From Lingula anatina (taxonomy: Eukaryota; Animalia; Brachiopoda): a stretch of 64,000 nucleotides of DNA. Shown one piece after another: positions 54,800 to 64,000 of this stretch; position 1 is the stretch's first letter, and each line of letters begins with the position of its first letter. The stretch covers positions 12,422,567 to 12,486,566 of the forward strand of contig CM120644.1 of assembly GCA_051362555.1 (NCBI GenBank). The letters are read 5' to 3'. The notes under the pieces are model-generated. The model was not told the DNA's origin. It searched no databases and worked only from the letters and a program-made list of their open reading frames with translations. The position numbers were made by a program, and so were the translations under genes.

Positions 54800-56297
54800 C
54801 AGCTTCCCTAACATTTAATGAATGTCTTTTTGTTATCTGCAAATAAATATGATTGTTTTCAGTCAACAATCCCATTTGTAACATAGAACAACCGTGTAAA
54901 CGTTAAATTCGTTTAGTGTTTATAGCCAGAAATGACTTGCAGCCATGATATGCAATTTACGTTCGCCTTTAAATTCAAATCTTCAACCTAGATTTCATGT
55001 TCCACAGCCTAAACGATGAAATTGTATACATTTTCAGTATGACTGTTATGACATCGTTAGTGGCTACGGGCTACGGTGACCGCTGGTATACATTATATGT
55101 GCGGGTGCCCTGCCATTTCGCCGACATGGCCTTGGGTTCACGAAGGGAATGTTCGGTTTGTTGGTTAAAAATTGGTCGTGCGGAGTCCTTTCGGTTCCAG
55201 AGCACTTCCTGTACCTTCCTGGCTTCGTTGAAGATCGATACGTTGTCGGAGCAGATACCTACTATTTTAGCACCTACATGTATGTGGTAAAAATGAAAAA
55301 AAACAAAGCAGAACTTCTAATTCGCGCAAGCTAGTAACACTAAGTTTTAAACATATTTTTATCGTTAAACCTCCTAAAACCGCCAACCATGGAAGAAAAG
55401 GGGATCGACAAGAGGTTGAAACAATATCACGATCACTGCAAGTCCGCCGAGCAATGTCCGAGGCCTTGAATCCGTAAGATTTTGCACGGTCACCGTCTGC
55501 TTACGCAAGAAAGGGGATTTAAGGTCAGGATTATTCAACCACAAATGCATATCGCATGGTAAAAGTATTCCAGGTTTGAATTAAGAATGAGTAGCCAAAA
55601 GTAGAAACCAAGGTCCCTTCAAAGTCATAAATTTAAATGATAAATGTCCACCCATTTAAAGTTGACAAAATAGGGAGACCTATATAAGATTAAAAAACAA
55701 TAGTAATAGTATAACGTCATAAGGTTATTTTAATCTCTTTTACCAAACATAACCACCACACCTGACGTAATTAGGTTTAAGCCAACCCCAACACGGATGG
55801 CTATCTAACCTGCCTGCCCGAAAATATCATGCTTAGGGCAACTAGTGTATAAGTATATATACCCCTGTAGTTATGTAGTCCCTGCAGTATTTTGTTTGTT
55901 AATCTTGTTTACAATCCGGAGACAAATATATATCCAGAGACAAGTTAAAGTAGGGTAAAAGTACAGATATGCCTGAGATAAAATATGACATGGTGATAAA
56001 TTAAGAGCATTAGTAGACACGCCTAATAGATTTGCAACAAGCACGAGTCAGTACGACCCCGTATAAAACCCGTGTCTCACTGTTAGAAAGGCAGTACCCC
56101 GGGGGAGATCGTCAGGGACTGTCCCTGTCAGCGTGCCAGACCTGTATGTGAGGAATAAAGAAGTCAAGTAACACCAACGCTGGATACTGTGTTTCGTATT
56201 GCTACCAGTCACCTCAGAAAACAGTCACCAACCACGGTAACATTTAATATCCCAGAAGACAACACTCATCGTATATGATAATCATACTAGTAGGAAA

Positions 56298-57909
56298 ATG
56301 ACGCAAGTTACCCTACTCAAGCAAGGCCTGGATAAACAGCCATTGTGTTTGACAAAGGTTAGTGATATTTCTGATATTAACTCTTTCGTCTCCATGTGCA
56401 CTTTTGCATGCGCATTTGATCGCGTAGCAATTTTAAGATGGTAATTTATGTCAAAATGTGATCAGATTCAACAAGCAACATCAAATAAGTTTAAAAAAGT
56501 AAATGCCGAAATGAAACCTTAGAATTTCGTTGCTCTTCCAGCCTATCGAATACCCACAGCTGACTGGCTCCGATCATTGGAAGCGCAAGATGCGCACCAT
56601 ATTTAGGGCCTTCGACGTAGACGGTGATGGTTGCTTGACAGAAGATGATATGGAGGCGGTCGTTAGACGCACTGCAGAGTATATGAATCTTGATGGTAAA
56701 TGTATTAATTTTTATTTAAAAGCAACAATGTTGGATTCAAATTTAAGACCTGTTTGGTAACAAAAGTTGTACAAAATTATGTGTCAAAACATTTAGCCAT
56801 ATATTAGGTTAGAAATCTGAATGGGGGAACGAAACTACGCGCTCGCTGGGGTTTTGCTGTCGTTCGCTTCTGGAGGAATTGAAACAGGGTTGGGTCATCT
56901 GTGATTACACGTTTCAGATGACAGGCTTTCCTTACGCCTTGTTTTTTATGAAAAGCAGAGTGTTTTTCAGGTATTTAATCCCTAAAATTGAACGATTTGT
57001 ATAGTTCACGTGTATGGGAGGTCATATTTTGTACTGAAGTTGAAAACAGAAACGTTGGTAACGCATAATAACCCGTTTTCTTCACCCATCATTATTTGCG
57101 ACAAATAACAATGTTTGAATTGCTCTGGTGTGCGTGTGCCGTAAATGATCCCTGAAATGACAAAAAAAAAAAAAAAAAAAAAAAACACATTATTATTTCG
57201 AGAGCTTTCTTTTCCATCTATGGCATGTCTGTATCCCGGATTTTGAGTGTCATTTTCGGCTAAGAATTAAAAGGGTTCAAATACACAGCAAAGTTTGGGA
57301 ACACAAAATTGTTTATTATAATAAGACAAATCCATCCACTTTCACATGAAAGCACCCCCTTTGTAATCCAACACATAGGAATATTTTTGCAGACTTTCAA
57401 AGATGATCACCCATTGTTGATACCCAGTATCGTGGACGTACTGATATATCCATTTATCTAATTGTAAATACGCTGTATATATTTCAGACGAAAACACCAA
57501 CATTCTTCTGAACCAACGCCTTACATACTTGAGAGATGTGAGTTCTAAAGATTCGACAGGAGAAATTAAAGGAAAATTATCCGAGGATGAGTTCGTGCAA
57601 AATCACCTCGCCAACATGAATGAAAGCAAGTTCCGAAATATATGGTTTGATATGCTTTCTTCAAGATTTCAAATGATGGATACTGATGGAGACGGACTTG
57701 TGTCTTCAGATGAATATGCCTCTCTTTTCTATAGTTTCAACATCCCTTCTGAGCATTCAGATAAAATATTTGACATCATAGACACTGACAATGACGGTTT
57801 CATCTCCAAGGACGACTTCGTTCAAGCACTCACTGAATTCTGGCTTAGCGAAAATCCTGACAACAAATACAATGAATGCTTTGGTCCCCTCGTTGACGTT
57901 ACAAATTGA
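56298..57909 (+). CDS. SCP-like EF-hand protein, copy 7, short leader (~211 aa)
   Basis: Exons 56298-56357 (MTQVTLLKQGLDKQPLCLTK, AAG|gttagt), 56542-56695 (ttccag|CCT, no Met), 57488-57909. Loops DVDGDGCLTEDD, DTDGDGLVSSDE, DTDNDGFISKDD; AATAAA at 57992. Confidence 0.85.
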
Positions 57910-58988
57910 CATGGTGTTTTCAATCCCCAAAAACTAAATATTCTGCTTCAAATGATTATTAACTTTACGAAAATCACAATATACTACAATGAATAAACAA
58001 GAATATTATATCTAATAAAAAATATTCTCTTTAAAGAATCGTTGTTCTTGTGTATCTTATATAGCCACAAATAAAAGTATATAAGGATATTGTAACCTTT
58101 CGCCAAAACGTCTTATTTACTGCCTTACATACATTCTTTTGGGTAATAGATAGGCTATATGTCACAACGGTGACTCCGTTGGAGACTATAGAAACGACAT
58201 TTTCAAACTAATGCAATTACTAAACTTCTATCATAATAATCAGGGGGTACAATGTGTAGATAATTTATTGTTAATTGACATATTAGAGATAAAATTTTTT
58301 AGTGCATCTTATAATACCGGTATTTCGGTCACAGCGACTGTGCTTTTGTTTGTGATGTTGTTGTTATTGTTAAGCTCAGTTGTATATTAAGCCAGAGGTG
58401 GGCTTTACTGCAGTGTGGTTTAATGCTGACTGCCTTAGTTGCTGTCGCTCAGTTTCATCGAGTAAAATGCATAGAAATGGATAAAAATTCATGTTTTGTG
58501 GATTTCAATATGCGTGCAAACTTGGCCCAAAGGGTGTGCAGACGGGTGGGGCAAGTTCGCACTCTTGGACAAGACATTTCTAAAACTGATCGAATTTACT
58601 CTGAAAAAAATTACAGTGGACTTTTGTTACTTAAACCATTTAAGGTATATAAATGATCTTCCTCCTGAAAGAAATATAGGAATCTGGAGGTAAAAGTATT
58701 CCCTCCATCTCAATTTCTATAAAAAAGGGGCGAACTAGCCGCGCCTTCCCCCGAATTAATATTCAGATATGAATGTTATTCATTTCTGGTCCATCACATT
58801 CCCTTGTTCTCATTCTTTAATTTACTCTTGTTAACCGGCACTACTTCCCTTTTTGAACTTGAGGATCTTTGTCAATGGTTTGTTTAAATTTAACCCTTTT
58901 CTCTTGGCAATTGTTTTTTCTCAGAAGTGTGCGTGTGCACTGCAGTTTTCTCCAGGCTCCATTTTCGTCGCAGTAAAAGTATAGGAAC

Positions 58989-61110
58989 TTAGTCAACCAG
59001 TGGACCAAAAAACTCATTATATTTGTTATTTGGTTCCTCTGTAAACGTAAACTCGGTATAACCAAGGGCATATTCTTCAAACGATATTATTCCATCTCTG
59101 TTGCTATCTATTGAGTCAAATGCCCTTTTTGCATTTTCAACGGGTATTCGCAAGCTGTAAAAATTGGCAGCGAATTCCTTTTGAGATAATAAACCATCGC
59201 CATCAAAGTCCTTGGCATCATATTCCATGGAGAGAAGTTTGGGGTAAAATTCTAATCTGAATGTGCTCTGGTTGACGACCGATATACAGCTCTGCACGTA
59301 GCCCGCCTCAGATACTCGGAACGACTCGTCATCACTTGAATCCTGCGCAAGAAGTTTCCAAAAGTTGAGGCGTATGTTTAGAATGCGTTCAGCTTGCTCA
59401 TCTGAAATCGGTGTCATCATATGATTAGCAAATGCACAGTTATGGACGTTTGTCTGTACAGTAAGAGAGTCTTTTCTTTAAATCTAAACGGCGCTGTTTA
59501 TTATTACATTTTACCTTTCATGTTTCATATTGGTATGCACCCTACCGGTTTATACGGTAATGTGCCAAGCATTTCGACGAGCCCAGTCAATCCGACTAAA
59601 AAAATAATACATGTATTTATGCAGGGTGCTTTGGATCGTAAACTACATTATTTAAATATTACCATCTAGGTTCAAGAACTCTGCTGCTCTCTTAGCACTC
59701 GACACGTAATCCTCTTTAGTAAGGTAGCCGTCAGCGTTTGAATCTAGACACTTGAATATCGTGCGCGATTTTCGCCTCCAATGTTCGGATCCAGTTACCG
59801 CCGGGTAATCTATTGGCATCTGAAATGTTGTCATTTAATGCAGTGGATGACAAACAGTTAATTAGTTTGATGAGTTAGATGCCATTTGTGTACGGATTAT
59901 AATATAAGCTAAGGGCCAAACATCTTACTTTTTTTCGAACAACGTTGAAATCCAGTTGGATTTGCATTTAATTGGCTTTCTTATAAAATGATTTAAAAAA
60001 TAGACCTAGAACGTTTTAATCATCACATTATTTTGCCTGTTATCAATGTTATCAAACTATGTTAGATACTAAACGACTCGACATTCAAATATAGGGGCCG
60101 TTCAGAATGAGTTACGTTACAATAGCTACTGCGCACTTACTCTACGGAGACTCCACCTGAATGCAGTCAGGGCCCGTATCTCGAAAGCTTCGCTTATGGC
60201 GAGCGTGCGCAAGCATGGCGAGCGTGCGCTATCCCATATCTCGAAAGCTTCGCAAATCGCGGCCGTGCGCTTATGGCGAAATCACCATTAGTTTCGAGGC
60301 TATTACTGTATTTGCGGCGATACAAACTAGTCGCAATGGGGACTCCACCTGAATGCAATCAGATTAACAGACAAATAGGCCACCTCCTGGCGAGTAGAAT
60401 GCCTAGAAGCCGGTGGTTATACGAGTACGTTGGAAACAAGAGGAGGACAACTGGATGCAGGCTGACGGCTTACAACAGTCGTTAAGTCGGTAATATATAT
60501 TGCCTTCATATAGAACAGCACATTCAGAACAGATGATCCGTGGACTAACTGATCCGCCGACTTAATAAGGCCGATCCACTGTAATTTTCTGATGGTCTCA
60601 GTACGTGCTTCCACACGCAGGGGCCTTGCAATTAAACCTCAGAGCCGAGAGTTGATCCGTTTAATGGCGCTTGTGGAGGTGGTGAGACCATCAGGGAATT
60701 AGCGGCATCGCTTTTTAGTTGGGTCGGCCATATTTAAGCGGCGGTTCAGTTAGTCCGCGGATCATCTGTTCTGAATGCGCTGAGTTTAATTCATAAATAA
60801 GCATAAGCATCACTCAAAGTAAACTTATGGTAAATACATGTAAGTAAGCACACGCATTTACTTTCAAATATACAGGAAGCCATGATTAAGTAAAATATCA
60901 TTCTTTTAATTAACTTCCACTTACCTTCTTCAAACGCAGAACTTTATTCGTAAAAGCCCGGACAGGTTGAAAGCCCGTAACGAATCGAAGTAGCGGACCA
61001 TTGACCTCACTCTTCAAAGATTGAATATTTTTTGCTAGCACCGGAGATGATTGGGTAATCCTAAGATAGTCCCTACAAAGTTGAGCAACCTTGGCCATTT
61101 TGAGCATCAT
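58989..61110 (-). CDS. SCP-like EF-hand protein with presequence-like leader, copy 8 (~251 aa)
   Basis: Minus-strand exons 61110-60925 (..VRAFTNKVLRLKK|gtaagt), 59819-59663, 59401-58989. Loops DSNADGYLTKED, DFDGDGLLSQKE, DSNRDGIISFEE; ends FFGPLVD. Confidence 0.88.
60516..60782. mobile_element. MITE in intron 1 of copy 8
   Basis: ~60-bp inverted arms CAGCACATTCAGAACAGATGATCCG.GGACTAACTGA; a further nested MITE remnant lies at ~60093-60460. Confidence 0.7.
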
Positions 61111-61198
61111 GGACCACGGTATTCATGAGTCTCGTTAATCTATATCAGGTATTCTCAACGTAAATAGTGTGGCACTGGACGCATGCCAGCCTGGGACA

Positions 61199-61451
61199 AC
61201 CGGTCGTCGACAGGACGCATTATTATGTAGACGTGACCGGAATGCTAAGGTTTAACAAATCTAGGGGCAATAAAGTGAATCCGCCATCCGCAAAGTGTGT
61301 AATGTACTTTTTAACTCCTGGGGGACTTGGATTACTGTTACACCGGTCGTCGACAGGACGCATTTTTATATAGACGTGACCGGAATGCTAAGGTTTAATA
61401 GGCCGAGGGGCGATAAAGTGAATCCGCCATCCGCAAAGTGTGTAATGTACT
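61199..61451. repeat. Direct duplication (~110 bp, period 143 bp) immediately 5' of copy 8
   Basis: ACCGGTCGTCGACAGGACGCAT...GAATCCGCCATCCGCAAAGTGTGTAATGTACT occurs twice. Confidence 0.85.
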
Positions 61452-61534
61452 CCTTGACGCCGGTAGTCATTGAGGGCCCCAGTCAAGAGGGACATCACAG
61501 TGAGCTTACAATGAGCTCATACAATGGGTTATGA

Positions 61535-61955
61535 TTTAGGTCATTGTGAGGTCTCTGTGAAGGCTTTGTAGCTACAGTGTAATGATTCAATTATTTTTTA
61601 CCTATTGGTGATGTCTCTGTGAGCTCATATTGTAAGGTCACTGAGAGCTTATGTTGTTACCTGACACCGTGAGGCCTCTGGAAACCCTTGTAAGCTAGTA
61701 GCTAGGTCTCTGTGAACTCATACTGTTAGGTCACTGTGAGGTCTGTGAGCTGATACTCATGCTATTAGGTCACTGTGAGATCTCTGTGAACGCATACTGT
61801 TAGGTCACTGGGAAGTCTCTGTGAGTTCATATTATTAGGTCACTGTGAGATCTCTGTGAACTCATACTGTTAGGTCACTGTGAGTTCTCTGTGAACTCAT
61901 ACTATTAGGTCGACCACTGTGAGTTCTCTGTGAACTCGTACTGTTAGGTCACTTT
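61535..61955. repeat. 35-bp minisatellite
   Basis: Unit ~TAGGTCACTGTGAG(A/T)TCTCTGTGAACTCATACTGT at 61801, 61836 and 61871, degenerating leftwards. Confidence 0.85.
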
Positions 61956-62703
61956 TAGGTCTATGTTTTTTTATATCTAATATTTTAGTTATTATTTTAG
62001 CCTATGTTGGGGTCTCTGTGAGCTAAATATCTTATTATTATCTTTTTAGGAATTTTAAAAAGTAATTAAAAAGAAACAAACGTGTTCATTTCATCATAAT
62101 TTTTGTAATGTGCAGCCGAGACAAAACGGACCAGAAAAGCGCAAACGCTAATTCACTGCTTTAAGAGAGCAAGCCACTGTGCTTAAATTTTCATAACGAT
62201 GTATATTTCATAAACTTTGTTAAACAGATGTGCATCATATGGTCAAGTGTTTAGATATTAAAGCAAGTATATCATATACAGGTATAATACATAAAATTTA
62301 CACATATGCTCGTAGTATTAACTCGTGGACTTATCTGGTTCTTTTAGACAACGCCATTACAAATTAATGAATCTATTTGTTACAGTTTCGTTTATTGAGA
62401 CTTATTACTCAAAAAATTCCAAAATAAAGCGTACATTTCATTTCATGTCATTATTCTAACAGTTGAAATAGTTGCATGCAAAATACTGGTCCACACGCTC
62501 GGCATGGGAGTTTAACTGCTTTGTTGAACGGCTAATGAGAAGCGCTCGAAAATGAATTCATGCGCCATGGAGATATTTTGTGTTCAAATGCTTCTTAATA
62601 ATAAAGAAACTGAAACATGAAAGAGCAATTAAGTAAAACTGACCGTGGTATAACCAAAACTTAACTCCCATCTACGTTCAATATTGTTTGTTAATGGCAT
62701 TAC

Positions 62704-63101
62704 TTAATCAACAAGTGGACCATAAAAATTATTGTATTTGTTGTTTGGATCTTCGGTAAGCCAGAACTCAAGAAAACCTTCTGCAAACTCTTCAAATGTG
62801 ATGAGACCATTTTTGTCTGTGTCCATTATATCAAACATTTCATTTGAACATTGCTTTGGAACCTTTAAGCCGTAGAAAAAGGCAACATGCTCATCCTTGG
62901 AGACAATGCCGTCGTCATCAATGTCCATCATCTTAAAGTCCCCGGAAACGAAGCCATGGTACAACTCTGGTCTAGAGCGACTTTGGATGGTGAGTGAATG
63001 GATGCTCTGCAGGTATTCATCCTCAGTGATTTTGTTTTTGTTTCCAGCAATTCCTACCCAGCGATGAAGGCATTTGTCTATAACGTGTTTTGCCTTTTCA
63101 C
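62704..63101 (-). CDS. SCP-like EF-hand protein, copy 9, last exon only (upstream exons presumably beyond the window)
   Basis: Acceptor tattag| at 63102/63101, phase 1. Reads EKAKHVIDKCLHRW...DIDDDGIVSKDE...DTDKNGLITFEE...FWLTEDPNNKYNNFYGPLVD*. Confidence 0.85.
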
Positions 63102-64000
63102 CTAATAGTAAAACATACGCTCGAACAGTTTCAACAAGTTTTTTGTAATCAGAGAATCAGGTCTTATAGACGAATTTTTCGTTTGTGATGTCGAGCCTCG
63201 GATTTGTGATCTCGAAACCCCGGATTAACGACTCTAACCATGGTTTCAGGGCACGAACGTAAAACTGGTGTCCACGAGCACCACATTACAAAAAACAAAC
63301 TGATAATCAGCATCGGTACATTCCGCATTTGCCGGGGATTGTCCAAAACGCATTACTCCTGTATTAATACGCAGCATTTGATACTTGATGTCAGAAATTC
63401 ATCAGTTTGATTTCTTTTGAAGAGTTTTTTGATTTAGTTTTAAATTTATTTTAAAGCAAATACATGCATGCTGCAGACAGTAAAACTTCCACAGCAGCCG
63501 TTGCAATGTAAACTGTGGGCTTTTGTGTATTTTCCACACAACTCACGTATTTAATCTAGTTTAAGCTTTAAGTGACCTCAGCAACTAACATCACTTTCCT
63601 CATTAAATTATGTTTTTGAAGCTGTAGCCACTTTATCAAGCCTTGCTGTAGACTTCATTCTTTCGTTAAAGAATCTCCAAAAAAATTCTTTCGACTAGGT
63701 ATCTTCAAAGCACTAACGTGCAGTTTCTTTTAACTTCCGCCATATTGATAATACATGTAGTTCGGGATGAAGAGAAAAACATTTGTACAGCTGGAGATCC
63801 GGATGAATTTGGCTGAACAGTTCGTGTTCTTTTGATGCATTGCTTGTTGCCACTATAACCTTAAGTTCGTGCCATGAAATCGTGGTTTGAGACGATAATT
63901 TGGGAGTTCGTACTAAAAATCTGAGGCTCATGATCGCAAACGAGAGTTATTTTTTATGAGGCATAATAATTGTTGTAGGACATTTATGCAGCAATAAAGT

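Noticed and set aside
61535-61955. 35-bp periodic repeat resembling a CRISPR array
   Set aside because: Units are contiguous with no unique spacers, there are no cas genes, and the context is intron-containing eukaryotic DNA; it is a minisatellite.
63713-63931. ORF ending ..SIWRKLKETAR as a candidate exon 2 of copy 9
   Set aside because: No YP..TGS.HW motif or EF loop, and it stops immediately; the real upstream exons are probably outside the window.

Overview
AT-rich eukaryotic (invertebrate animal-like) genomic DNA. The first ~26 kb shows no convincing coding exons; it holds microsatellites, several MITE families and a Tc1/mariner-derived fold-back element. From ~27.6 kb to the right edge there is a tandem cluster of at least 9 paralogous EF-hand genes of the sarcoplasmic calcium-binding protein (SCP, Nereis-type) / coelenterazine-binding protein / aequorin superfamily. 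Seven lie on + and two on -, and the ninth runs off the window. The eight complete genes share three coding exons, with a phase-0 intron after ...LRLKK and a phase-1 intron after ...YL(D/E)L(N/D). In six copies exon 1 encodes a 62-75 aa basic, mitochondrial-presequence-like leader with an aligned R-3 cleavage-type motif. Copies 6 and 7 have only a 20-aa exon-1 peptide, and in copy 6 the old leader is still visible as a stop-riddled 5' UTR/uORF. The five youngest copies have lost the Ca2+ ligands of EF-hand I and are recombination mosaics. Gene models were read by eye from splice motifs, with no expression data.
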